Made by a program: the position numbers and the translations under genes. From Terriglobia bacterium (GTDB lineage Bacteria > Acidobacteriota > Terriglobia > 2-12-FULL-54-10): 64,000 nucleotides of DNA. The stretch's first letter is position 1; each line of letters starts with the position of its first letter. Of this stretch, positions 26,829 through 37,061 are shown piece after piece. Below the pieces are notes generated by a model, which was not told the origin of the DNA, did not search any database, and saw only the letters and a list, made by a program, of their open reading frames with translations. Location: assembly GCA_963666975.2 (NCBI GenBank), contig CAXVYR010000002.1, forward strand, positions 256,001-320,000. The letters are read 5' to 3'.

Positions 26829-29081
26829 ATGACGAACAGGAAGATTGCGACGGGGGCGAAGCGGCGACAGAACCTCGTACTGGCAGCCATCCTAACATTG
26901 CTCGGAGTGGGTGCTGGATTTTTGCTATCCGGGGGAAATGATATTGAGGCGCGCTCTGCCTTGGGCCGCAAACCCACCGGATTTCCCCAGCTAGTCTCGG
27001 TAGAACCCTTGCCGATGATGGACGGGGAGATGTGCCAGTGGATGCCCGCCAGCGCATCCGGCAACCTTCGCGCGTCACTCTTCCAGACGGGCGCATCCGG
27101 TCGCGCCGCCTCGGCGGAAGACCCGAACCGCGAGGAGGTTCGGCGGCGGCCCCCCCTGCGAACCATCAAAGACCCCTATGCTTCGTTCAGCGCCATCGCG
27201 GTGGACCCCGTTCGCGATGAAGTGATCATGACCGATGAAAGTCTCTTCCAGATTCTCGTCTATGACCGATTGACCAACACTCCTCCCACGGCCCAATTTT
27301 CCGAGCCGAAGCGGTCCATCGGCGGTTTAGATACGAAGGTGGATTATGTCTGCGGGCTCTACATCGATCCGGCAAGCGGCGACATCTACGCCATCAACAA
27401 CGACACGGTGGACACGCTGGTCATCTTCAACCGCCAGGCCAAGGGCAACATTCCGCCGACGCGGGAACTCTACACCCCGCACGGCACCTACGGGATTGCG
27501 GTGGATGAGGGAGCCGAGGAGCTGTTTCTCACCATTGAGCACGACAGCGCCGTGGTGGTCTTCAACAAGTGGGCGGAGAAGGATGCGGAGCCGCTGCGAT
27601 CCTTGCAGGGAGAACGGACGCGTCTGGCCGACCCGCACGGCATCGCCCTGGACGCGGAGCGGAATGTGATGTACGTCGCCAACTTCGGCTCGTCCCAATC
27701 CCACGATCCCAACCTCGACAACAAGTCCCGGCCGATGTACAGCCGGGGCGAAGGAAAAGCCAACTGGCCTCTGACGCGCAACAGCGTCATTCCGGGCAGC
27801 GGACGTTTCACCGATCCGTCCATCACCGTGTATGCGAAGGACGCGCGAGGAAACACGGCTCCCCTCCGTGTCATCCAGGGCCCGAAGGCGAGGCTGAACT
27901 GGCCCACAGGACTGGCCCTTGACCCGGTAACCCATGAACTTTTTGTCACCAACGACATGAATGACGAGGTGCTGGTCTTCGACGGGGACGCCGAGGGAGA
28001 CGTGGCGCCGAAACGCATTCTCGGCGGGCCGAAGACGATGATCAAAAACCCCACCGGCGTCTGGGTGGACCGGGAAAATGAAGAGTTGTGGGTCGCCAGT
28101 TTCGGCAACTACACAGCGACCGTTTTTCCGTTGGGCGCATCCGGCGACACGGCCCCGCGACGGGTGATTCGCAGCGGCCCCCTGGGAAAACCCGCGCTCA
28201 TGATCGGGAACCCGCACCCAGTGGCCTATGACAGCAAGCGCGAGCAGATTCTGGTCCCCAACTGAGTGGCTCATCCGCAGATTGCGGTATTCGCCAGGAC
28301 GGCGGATGGAAGCGACTCTCCCGTACGGAAAATCGAGGGCCAGAAAACCAAGCTGGGGCGCACCATGCACTCTATCATTTACGACCCGATCCATGATGAG
28401 ATCAGCGTGCCGCAGGACTTCGCCCACGCCATTCTGACGTTCCGCGCGGATGCCAGCGGCGAGCAGCCTCCGATGCGGATTCTGCAAGGTCCCGACACTC
28501 GTTTGAATGGACCGGAACGGCACACGGTGGACCCGGTAAACAACGAGATTTATGTGCCTCAAGGCGACGAGATTCTGGTCTTTGACCGCGAAGCGGCGGG
28601 CAACGTGGCTCCGAAACGCATTCATAAGGGGCCGGACACGAAATTAGGCGCGGGCGCTGTGGCCGTGGACCCGGTGCGCAACCTCCTGGTTGTTGTGGGA
28701 ACGCATGAAACTGAAGGGCTGAAAATCCGCATCTACCCGCGAACGGCGGAGGGCAACACCCCGCCGCTGCGGCAGATCGGAGGGCCGAACAGCATGATCA
28801 CGAGGATGGGCGGCCCGTTCGCGCTGTACCCGCCCTCGGGCAAGATCGTTCTCACGATGCGTCCCCGGAAGGCCGGTGTTCTGGGCGGGGATGACAGTTT
28901 CACCGGCGTCTGGAACATTACAGACAACGGCGATGTTCCGCCCCAATGGACGATCGGGGGGCCGAAAGGCGCTCTAGTGATGCCGCGCGGCGTTGCGCTG
29001 GATGTGAAGAACAAGAGCATCATCGTGACCGACAAGCGGCTCAACGCGATCCTCACTTACTATTTCCCGGAAATTTTCTAG
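26829..29081 (+). CDS. Exported NHL/YVTN-like beta-propeller protein with in-frame TGA at 28263-28265 (candidate selenoprotein, 750 aa)
   Basis: ORFs 26829-28265 and 28266-29081 abut in the same frame; the repeat P.R.I.G..T.L..P.GIA.D....E..V......I.VF continues across the TGA; no SD before GTG 28266. Confidence 0.75.
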
Positions 29082-29189
29082 CCGGTTGCTGGAAAACCGC
29101 TGGCCGTCGTGCCGAAACGCTCTCCAGCCATGTGCGCTTCAGCGCCTGAGGCGAGTCTTGCACTCTGCGTGTTCCAGCAATTCAACCCC

Positions 29190-29295
29190 GACCTCAGCGG
29201 CTGAAGCCGTTGTCGTGATCCGGGTAGCGGCAGTTAAAGACACCCCAGCACGCTGACAGCGGCGTGCTGGGGGGGCCGTCAAACCGTGCCCTGAC
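29190..29295. repeat. REP-like palindromes between convergent genes
   Basis: CGGCTGAAGCCG hairpin, CCCCAGCACG/CGTGCTGGGG stem, GTGCCCTGAC end as at 50351-50377. Confidence 0.5.
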
Positions 29296-29334
29296 AAGAG
29301 CGTAATACTGGGATACACGAACCGTGAAACAGAT

Positions 29335-32300
29335 CTAAAAAGAGAAGCGCAAGGCGAATTGAATCTGGCGTGATGTGGTCGCCGTCCTGGAAATCCTTCC
29401 TGCCGTACTGGTTCGGTTGCCGGACCGGCCCGAGAAAACGACAGCGGAAGGGCTTGTTAAATTGGGATGGTTGGGAAGATTGAACAGGTCGGCTCGGAAT
29501 TGCAATCGCCGTTTGGAGTCGAGTAAAAATTCCCTCCGGAGCGATACGTCCATGTTGAACACGCTAGGGGAGATGAGCGTGTTGCGGCCCGCGTTGCCGA
29601 GGGTTCCCGGCGGAGGCGCCGAAAAAGCACAGGGATCGAAATACAGCTCCGGGGTGCCCAGGGTTTGGCCTGCGCTAATGCGGCCGCAACCAGCCGAAAC
29701 ACCCTCCACCAGATTGTTGCTCGCGCCGCCGGCCAGATTCGGCCTGCTGGCCGCAAACAGGTAGCCTTCGGCGCGGGCTTTGGACTCGGCGGAGAAGGGG
29801 GTCCCTTTACGTAAGTTCATGATCCCGCCCAGCCGCCAGCCGCCCAAGAGCTTGGAAAGGGGGCCTGAATTCCACCAGCGCTGCCCGCTCCCGAAGGGAC
29901 TATTATAGAAGTAGCTGAACACGAGGCGATGCCGAATATCGAAGTCCGACAAGCCGCGGTCGAGCGTCCGCATCAGGGGATACTGGCCGGTGTTGGATTG
30001 CTGCCCGACGGAGGAATCATCCACCGATTTGCTGAACGAATAGCTGGCCTGCAGGGATAGACCGGAGCTAAGCGACTTATTGGCGGAAACCTGCAGCGCG
30101 TTGTAAAAGGATTGCGCGTCCGTATTGATGATGGTGATCGAACCAAAGTTCGGATTGGTCGGTCCCGCGTTGGGCTGGCAGAGGTCTGAAGGATTGGGTG
30201 AACTGCAATCATCCGGGAAGAAGAGCGCCCCATCCTGCTGAACGACGGGAACCGGATACTGGTTCGCCTCGAAACGGCGCAACAGGTGGTTGCCTCGGGA
30301 ACCGACGTAGGAAGCCTGCGTGCGCCAGCCGCCCGGCAGCTGCTGCTGCAGCGTTACGTGGTAACGGAACACCATCCCCGAGTTCATAGCCTGATGATCC
30401 ATGACCTGAACCAGGAAGGGCACGTCGACGGCGCCTTCCAGCGCGTTGGGGAAAAATGCGGAGGTGTCCAGATTGGGGCTGACCGCGATGTTGTAAAACG
30501 GAGCCGAGCTTCTTCGCGAATTGGCCACGTATCCCAGAACGGGGTCGTAGTAGATGCCGACGCCGCTTCTCACCACTGTTTCCCGGCCCTCCCAGGGAGT
30601 CCACGTAAGACCCAGGCGGGGCGCGAAATTCAAAAGAGAAGAATTGCTCTCAAAGAAATCCCCGTACTCCACCTCCGTGCTCCGCACGACGTCCCGAAGA
30701 AACACGGTCTTGTTCAGCCGGTCGCTGATTTTGGTAACCATTTCATAGCGAAGACCCATGCTCACCTGAAGGCGAGGATGGAGCCGGTATTCATCTTGAG
30801 CGTAAAGGCCCACCAAAGTCTGCCGAAAGTCGCGCTGGTTGTCCGAGCCGGGCAATGCAACGGCCAGACCTGTTCCCACCGGTCCGGCCTGCAAAAACCC
30901 CTCCAGGCTGTTAAACGACCACACCGCACCCTTCTGCCAGTCGCTGAAGATGTCCCATCGGTAGCGATGCACGTCCACTCCAAACTTCAACGCATGAGGC
31001 CCTCGCTGCACAATGAGCTGCCCCCCGAACTGAAGGGATTTCGCGTTATCGGCCCGGGGGATATTCGACCTAGGGCCGAAGGCGCTTAGACCCGGCATCT
31101 GGATTACGCCGAACCTCGGAGCCTCGGGCAGGAAGAACAACGAAGGCGGGATTTCAATCAGGGAACGCGTGGCGGAAGAGTCAATCATTCGCGTATAACC
31201 AAAGCGGAACGCCGCCAGCGCCTGCAGATTGAGGATGTGGGTTCCCACCACCGTGAGGTATTGCTGGCGGGTCTCTTTGACGGTCTGGAACAAGTGTGTG
31301 CCCTGCGACTCCTCGCCGGTGGCGTCGTCAAAGGTGTAGCGGGCGAAGAAGCTGTCCTTGTCCGAGATTTTTTGGTCCACGCGAAAGGTAAAAAAGTTTT
31401 CGTTCACCGGCAGAAATTGGGGAGCCACGTTGCGTCCTACGCCGCGTCCCAGCCCGATATCGTTCGGTACGGGAATCAGCTCCAGGTAGGGCTGCACGCT
31501 GGGCGCGATGGGGACGGTGGGCGTGCCGGAGGAGTCCGGAAATCCGCTCCGAGCCTCTCCGTCCGGGAAGAAGCTCACATTGGTCTCGGTCAAACGGTCG
31601 CGCAGTCCCTCATAGCTGAACAAGAAAAAGGCCCGGTCCTTTTGTAACGGGCCCGTCAGCGTAAATCCGAACTGGTTCCGCTTAAAGGGAGGCGGCTCAG
31701 AATCGCGGTCAAAAAAGTTGCGTGCATCCAGCTTGCTGTTGCGGAAAAACTCAAACAGGGTTCCATGAAATTCGCCGGTTCCGGAGCGGGTGATCGAATT
31801 CAAAACCCCTCCGCTGCTGCGGCCATACTCGGCTCCATAACCGGCGCTGAGCACCTGCACCTGGAAAACCGTATCGGACCCCAGTTGCACCCCGGCGGCG
31901 CTTCGGGGAACTTGATTTCGCGCATTCATGATGCTGGTTCCGTCCAGCAGGAAGTGGTTGGAGGTGGCGCGGCTGCCGGAAACCGACAAGCTGCCGCCGC
32001 CTACTCCCCTGGAGGCGGAACTGGAGGAGGAATCGCTGACTCCAGCCTGCAAGGTGGCCAGCTGGCTGTAGCTGCGGCCGTTCAGCGGAAGGCCCAGCAG
32101 CTGGCTTTCATTGATCGTATTTTCTGACGCTTCAGAGGAAGACTCTTCCGCCGTGCTCACAGGGGCCGCCTCTTTTTGTTCTTCTTCTGCCTGCTCTTGT
32201 TCCGCAGCTTGCCGGGCTTCGGATTCCAGGGCAAACAGAAGAGCAAGCAATTGACCTGCGCTCAAGTCTAAACTTTCCCGAGCCTGAGGCACAAACCCGG

Positions 32301-32595
32301 CACGCGAAGCTTGAACGGAATAAGCGCCGGGAGAAAGCAGTTGAATTTCAAAGTTTCCCTGGGTATTGCTTTGAGCTGACAAGACCTGCCCGGTAGCTAG
32401 GTTTCTGGCGACGACCGTCGTCCCGGAAAGGGGCTCACCCTTTGCGCCTGTGGCCGTCCCGTTCAGCGTTGTCAACCGGCTAGGCTGGGCCACACGGGCC
32501 CGCTGGGACACCCCTGCTGACGGAAAGAAAAACGCCAGCATGAGCACAATAGCCGGGACAAGCCACCCGATTCTGATCACGCGGCGATCTTGCAT
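29335..32595 (-). CDS. Oar-type TonB-dependent receptor with N-terminal carboxypeptidase-regulatory-like domain
   Basis: Signal peptide, LPLNGRSY..LA.L..GV, AEYGRSSGGVLN, FFRNSKLDARNFF, RNQFG, C-terminal RQIQFALRFSF. Confidence 0.92.
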   Translation of the reverse strand: MQDRRVIRIGWLVPAIVLMLAFFFPSAGVSQRARVAQPSRLTTLNGTATGAKGEPLSGTTVVARNLATGQVLSAQSNTQGNFEIQLLSPGAYSVQASRAGFVPQARESLDLSAGQLLALLFALESEARQAAEQEQAEEEQKEAAPVSTAEESSSEASENTINESQLLGLPLNGRSYSQLATLQAGVSDSSSSSASRGVGGGSLSVSGSRATSNHFLLDGTSIMNARNQVPRSAAGVQLGSDTVFQVQVLSAGYGAEYGRSSGGVLNSITRSGTGEFHGTLFEFFRNSKLDARNFFDRDSEPPPFKRNQFGFTLTGPLQKDRAFFLFSYEGLRDRLTETNVSFFPDGEARSGFPDSSGTPTVPIAPSVQPYLELIPVPNDIGLGRGVGRNVAPQFLPVNENFFTFRVDQKISDKDSFFARYTFDDATGEESQGTHLFQTVKETRQQYLTVVGTHILNLQALAAFRFGYTRMIDSSATRSLIEIPPSLFFLPEAPRFGVIQMPGLSAFGPRSNIPRADNAKSLQFGGQLIVQRGPHALKFGVDVHRYRWDIFSDWQKGAVWSFNSLEGFLQAGPVGTGLAVALPGSDNQRDFRQTLVGLYAQDEYRLHPRLQVSMGLRYEMVTKISDRLNKTVFLRDVVRSTEVEYGDFFESNSSLLNFAPRLGLTWTPWEGRETVVRSGVGIYYDPVLGYVANSRRSSAPFYNIAVSPNLDTSAFFPNALEGAVDVPFLVQVMDHQAMNSGMVFRYHVTLQQQLPGGWRTQASYVGSRGNHLLRRFEANQYPVPVVQQDGALFFPDDCSSPNPSDLCQPNAGPTNPNFGSITIINTDAQSFYNALQVSANKSLSSGLSLQASYSFSKSVDDSSVGQQSNTGQYPLMRTLDRGLSDFDIRHRLVFSYFYNSPFGSGQRWWNSGPLSKLLGGWRLGGIMNLRKGTPFSAESKARAEGYLFAASRPNLAGGASNNLVEGVSAGCGRISAGQTLGTPELYFDPCAFSAPPPGTLGNAGRNTLISPSVFNMDVSLRREFLLDSKRRLQFRADLFNLPNHPNLTSPSAVVFSGRSGNRTSTAGRISRTATTSRQIQFALRFSF

Positions 32596-32604
32596 ATTTT
32601 TCTA

Positions 32605-33325
32605 GGGGCTGTCCTAGCTAAGCAGATTGCTTAGGGATAGGATGGCGATATGTACGAACGGCGTAGTCGGCTGAGCAAGGCGAAGCGGGATCGGTTGGTG
32701 GAGCACTTCGTTGCCGGGACGACGGCACGGGCGGCGGCTGAGCTTGTCGGGGTTCATCGGAACACGGCCGCTTCGTTCTATACACGGATTCGCACGGTGA
32801 TTGCCGAGGAGACCCAGAAAGCCTCTTCGGTTTGCGGCGAAATCGAAGTGGACGAGAGTTACTTCGGTGGTCGCCGCAAGGGCAAACGCGGTCGTGGTGC
32901 TGGCGGGAAAGTCCCGGTTTTCGGGCTTTTGAAGCGTGGAGGAAGGGTCTACACGGTGATGATCCCCAATGCCCGTACGGACACGTTGATGCCGATCATG
33001 GAGCGCCTGATCCAGCCCGACAGCATCGTCTACACGGATGGCTTTTCGAGCTACGATGCTCTGGATGTGTCGGACTTCCACCATGTTCGGATCAACCACT
33101 CGGAACGGTTCGTCGACGAACGGAACCACATCAATGGGATCGAGAACTTCTGGAACCAGGCAAAGCGGCATCTTCGGCGCTTCAACGGGGTGCCCAAACA
33201 GAGTTTTCACCTCTTCCTGAAGGAGTGCGAATGGCGCTTCAATGGCGGTAACCACCGGACACTGCTTAACCAATTGAAGACATGGATCAAATCGAGACAG
33301 AATCACCCTTAGCTAGGACAGCCCC
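32605..33325 (+). mobile_element. IS1595-family (IS1016-like) insertion sequence, 721 bp
   Basis: Perfect 18-bp IR GGGGCTGTCCTAGCTAAG; 8-bp target duplication TTTTTCTA at 32597-32604 and 33326-33333. Confidence 0.95.
32650..33312 (+). CDS. IS1595-family transposase
   Basis: EVDESYFGG, GRGAGGK, VYTDG, HINGIENFW, LKECEWRFN. Confidence 0.95.
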   Translation: MYERRSRLSKAKRDRLVEHFVAGTTARAAAELVGVHRNTAASFYTRIRTVIAEETQKASSVCGEIEVDESYFGGRRKGKRGRGAGGKVPVFGLLKRGGRVYTVMIPNARTDTLMPIMERLIQPDSIVYTDGFSSYDALDVSDFHHVRINHSERFVDERNHINGIENFWNQAKRHLRRFNGVPKQSFHLFLKECEWRFNGGNHRTLLNQLKTWIKSRQNHP

Positions 33326-33616
33326 TTTTTCTATTGTCTCACAGGTGTTTCACCGGCAGAGGGTCTTAAAGTTTCTGAATGAGGCGAGCATGTGCGACGC
33401 TTCGCCGTCTTGAGCAACCCCGAGGCGCTGAAGCGCACCGGTAAAATCAGGCGGCAGGAACAAACACGGCCGTCAGCGCAACGCCAGCCGGCTTCTACTG
33501 GAGAAAGCCGATACCGCGAGCATCTGAAAATATCCTGATATAAGACAGGCCCCGCCAGGAGATGTTAGTACTTAATCTTCCAGTCGCCGTTCGCATCCCT
33601 CTCACGGTGCGCGCTG

Positions 33617-34033
33617 TGACCGGCCCCCGGTTTTTTGATCCATTATGAAAGTGAGTTTTGCGGCAGAATCTAATACCAAAAGAAGGGGGACAAGCCGTGA
33701 AACAGAAGCGATTCAGCGTGGAGTAGATTGTAGGAGTGTTGAAGCAGGCAGAGGTGGGGGTGCCGGTAGGGGAGCTGGTCCGGAAGGTAGGGATCTCGGA
33801 GCAGACGTTCCGGGAGGAGTGCCTGAATGTACATTGCTTCACAACACTGGGAGAAGCCAGGCAGTTCATCGAGGCTTGGCGGAGGGAGTACAATGAGAGT
33901 CGTCCTCACAGGGCCCTGGGGGAGAGGACGCCGAACGAGTTCGCCTTTCCGATTGCAGATCACTGCAATCTGAAAGGCCTGGAAACAGCCCAAAACTCAC
34001 CCTGAAACTGGTACAAAAATCCGGGGCCCCTCA
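33617..34033 (+). mobile_element. Internally deleted IS3-family element (both ends retained)
   Basis: IRL TGACCGGCCCCCGGTTTTTTG, IRR CAAAAATCCGGGGCCCCTCA; the orfA start (KQKRFSVE*IVGVLKQAEVG, with TAG) is joined to the orfB tail (ECLN...IEAWRREYNESRPHRALG). Confidence 0.85.
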
Positions 34034-34137
34034 AGTGATGTAGACTCTCTCACTGAGACTGGCACAAAAAATCGGTCTGGTCATTCTACCGGCCGGGGAG
34101 GTCAAAATGATGGTAATTCCGGTTAGAGGCACATAGG

Positions 34138-35139
34138 ATGCAAATTGGTTTCCACTTGACGCCGTTTTGGAGCCCCACGGATCGCACGCCCACACAGATC
34201 ATCGACGAAGCCATCGAGGTCGTGCGCGCTGCCTCCACCATGGGCTTCGCCTGGGTTTCCATGGGGCAACATTGGCTTTCCCACCCCACCGTCTGGCCCC
34301 AACCGTACCCCCTTGTCGCCCGTCTGGCTCCCGAGACGGGGTCCATGCAGATCAAGACGTCTGTGCTCCTGCTACCTCTGCTGAACCCAGTGGAGGTTGC
34401 GGAAAACGTCGCCACGCTGGACCACATCACCCACGGCCGCCTGCTGTTGGGTGTGGCCATCGGCTACCGCGAGAAGGAGTTGGAGACCATCGGACTCAGC
34501 CGGAAGGACCGCGTCCCGAAGCTGGAGGAATCCATCCAGCTCATGAAGCGGCTTTGGTCAGGCGAGGAGGTGACGTTCCACGGGCGATATGTGAAGGTAA
34601 CGGAGGGTCGCATGGGGTTCGCTCCCTATCAGAATCCTCACCCTCCCATCGAGATGGGGGCGCAGAGCGAAGGGGCTACTCAGCGGGCCGCCCGGATCGC
34701 CGATAGCGTCTTCTTCGGACCGCAGGTGCCCTGGAGAGACGTCCAGAAGCTGGCGGGCGTCTACCGCCAAGCCCGGCAGGATGCTGGCCATGCTGCAAGG
34801 GGGATCATCGGCGCCTCCCGCAGCCTCATGGTGGGCAAGAGCAGGGAGGATGCCGTCCAGACCGCCCGCCAGTATCTCGAGAAGACCTTTCGCATGTACC
34901 GCACGTGGGAGATGCAGGAATCGGCCATGGTTCCGCTGCAACTCGGGTTTGATCGACCCCTTGACGACTGGACTGTCCACGGTTCGCCCAAGGACTGCGT
35001 GGAGATCCTGCTCCGCGCCCGGGACGAGATGGGGTTGGAACGGATCGGCTTCACCATCTACAATCTCCCCCGCGCGCCCCAGGCACGGATCGAATATCTG
35101 CAGATGATCGCCGAGGAGATCGTCCGGAAGGTGGCTTAA
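34138..35139 (+). CDS. LLM-class flavin/F420-dependent oxidoreductase
   Basis: SVLLLPLLNPVEVAENVATLDHITHGRLLLGVAIGYR, VTFHGRY, PYQNPHPPI. Confidence 0.9.
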   Translation: MQIGFHLTPFWSPTDRTPTQIIDEAIEVVRAASTMGFAWVSMGQHWLSHPTVWPQPYPLVARLAPETGSMQIKTSVLLLPLLNPVEVAENVATLDHITHGRLLLGVAIGYREKELETIGLSRKDRVPKLEESIQLMKRLWSGEEVTFHGRYVKVTEGRMGFAPYQNPHPPIEMGAQSEGATQRAARIADSVFFGPQVPWRDVQKLAGVYRQARQDAGHAARGIIGASRSLMVGKSREDAVQTARQYLEKTFRMYRTWEMQESAMVPLQLGFDRPLDDWTVHGSPKDCVEILLRARDEMGLERIGFTIYNLPRAPQARIEYLQMIAEEIVRKVA

Positions 35140-35175
35140 TGGAAACGGAGGTCTCCCGTCTTCGTCGGTTCATCT

Positions 35176-36549
35176 CTAGTTTACGATGGGTCGCAGCATG
35201 CGGCCGATCGGCTTACCAACCGGCTCTCCATCCTGCATCTGTACATGGCCGCGGACGATCGTACAGACAGGCATTCCTTTGACCTTCCAGCCGTGCCAGG
35301 GCGTTGGTTTGTTCTTGCTGTGCAGTTTGTTTGCATCAATGACTCCCTCCTTGGCCATGTCTACGATCGTCACGTCGCCGTCCGAGCCGAGCCGAATGGC
35401 GCCCTTTTGGGGATAAAGCTGCCAAACCTTTGCCGGGTTCTCACTAGCAACCTTTACGTACTGATTCAAAGTCAGGCGTCCCTTATTGACCTCTGTCAGT
35501 ATCAGAGGTACCCCGGTTTCGACGCCGCAAAAACCGGAAAGGCAATCCCAAATCACCGGCTTCAGCAGCTTCCCTGTAATGTCAGTTCCCTTCTCTTCCA
35601 TGCTATGAGGAGAATGATCCGTCGCTATCATGTCAACATACCCTTGGAGGAGACCGTCCCAGAGGACTTCGGCATGGTCTTTGGAGCGCACGGGAGGATT
35701 CATTTTCAAAAGGGGCCCCACCTCGGCCATGTCCTTGTACTCGCGCAGCAGATAGTGCGGTCCGGTTTCAGCGGTTACTCTTAGGCCCCGCGCCTTGGCG
35801 TCCTTCACCATGAGCGCGGCCTGTTTGGAACTCATGTGAAGGACGTGCAGCTTGGTGCCAAAGGTCTCCGCAAAAAACAGGGCATGGGCGACAGATTCGG
35901 CCTCGCAAATATCCGGCCTCGACGATTCCCAGTATATGGGGTCGTTCTTCCCTTCGGCCTTGAGCTTGTTTGTGCAATAGTTCATAATCTGGCGGTTCTC
36001 GGCGTGGATACCCAAGGGAAGCTTAGATTGGGCGATAAAAGAAAAGGCCTCCATGCACATCCCGTCATCGGGGCAAGGAAGGTTGCCGATGGTTTCGCCG
36101 AAAAAGATTTTATAACCCACGACGCCCGCTTCAGCCATTGGAAGGATCTGGGCCGTGTTGGTCTGGACAACAACTCCCAGTATGCCAAAGTCTGCCAGCG
36201 ATTTCTCTTCCGCCAAGCGCCGTTTTTCTTCTACCTTGTCCGCGTCCGCCGTGGGGGGGACCACGTTCGGCATATCGATAACCGTCGTCACGCCACCGCA
36301 GACTGCTGCGGTTGATCCTGTTCCAAAATCTTCCTTGTAGGTAAGCCCCGGTTCTCTGAAGTGGACGTGGCCATCGATAATTCCTGGAAGAATGTGTTTC
36401 CCCCTCGCATCGATCACCTCCTTGCCTTCGGGCAGGAAATCATCTGCCCCGATGGCAACAAACTTCTCCTCCCTGATCGCAACGCCTCCTGGGAAGGTTT
36501 GTTCCGGTGTAACCACCCAACCGTTCTTAATGACAAGGTCTGCTTTCAT
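35176..36549 (-). CDS. Cyclic amidohydrolase (allantoinase/dihydroorotase/dihydropyrimidinase-like)
   Basis: PGIIDGHVHFREPG, GGVTTVIDMPN, GYKIF, HAE, HMSS, KMNPP, ATDHSPH. Confidence 0.9.
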   Translation of the reverse strand: MKADLVIKNGWVVTPEQTFPGGVAIREEKFVAIGADDFLPEGKEVIDARGKHILPGIIDGHVHFREPGLTYKEDFGTGSTAAVCGGVTTVIDMPNVVPPTADADKVEEKRRLAEEKSLADFGILGVVVQTNTAQILPMAEAGVVGYKIFFGETIGNLPCPDDGMCMEAFSFIAQSKLPLGIHAENRQIMNYCTNKLKAEGKNDPIYWESSRPDICEAESVAHALFFAETFGTKLHVLHMSSKQAALMVKDAKARGLRVTAETGPHYLLREYKDMAEVGPLLKMNPPVRSKDHAEVLWDGLLQGYVDMIATDHSPHSMEEKGTDITGKLLKPVIWDCLSGFCGVETGVPLILTEVNKGRLTLNQYVKVASENPAKVWQLYPQKGAIRLGSDGDVTIVDMAKEGVIDANKLHSKNKPTPWHGWKVKGMPVCTIVRGHVQMQDGEPVGKPIGRMLRPIVN

Positions 36550-37061
36550 AATTCCTGCGGGGAAAATCTGTCAGATTGACTGAACGAGTAAACTCGAAGG
36601 CTCATTATACCGAATTGTGTAAAAGGCGCGAATTTCTTTCCGCTGCTTCACTTCTTAACCGCAAATGCTGCGCGGCGCGGTCGCTACCGGCGGGCTAGAG
36701 TCGGTGACTGGCAGGAGGAAACTCGGCGACGATTGAAGGTGGCGGACGGAGAGGCAAGAACTAGCGGAGAAAGCGGATAATGTGAGGTTGTGGATCACCA
36801 TACAAAAGGTGGCTCAAATTCCCCCCAATTATGCTCTTGACAAAGGCAAACCGGACGCCATACTACCTGCTGACCCGCCAGGGTCTTGACTCATTGCCAA
36901 GTCCGATTTTTTTGCTTGAGGCTGGTATTCGGTTATGGCATACAATGCGCTCTCCCTTTCAGGTACGGAGCGCGAGTATGCTTGCCGCGGATGGGAGAAG
37001 AGACGTGCCCGACAGAGGGCCGGACCGCGGGGGAGTACCTTGCATCGTTTGAGAGCGTGCC

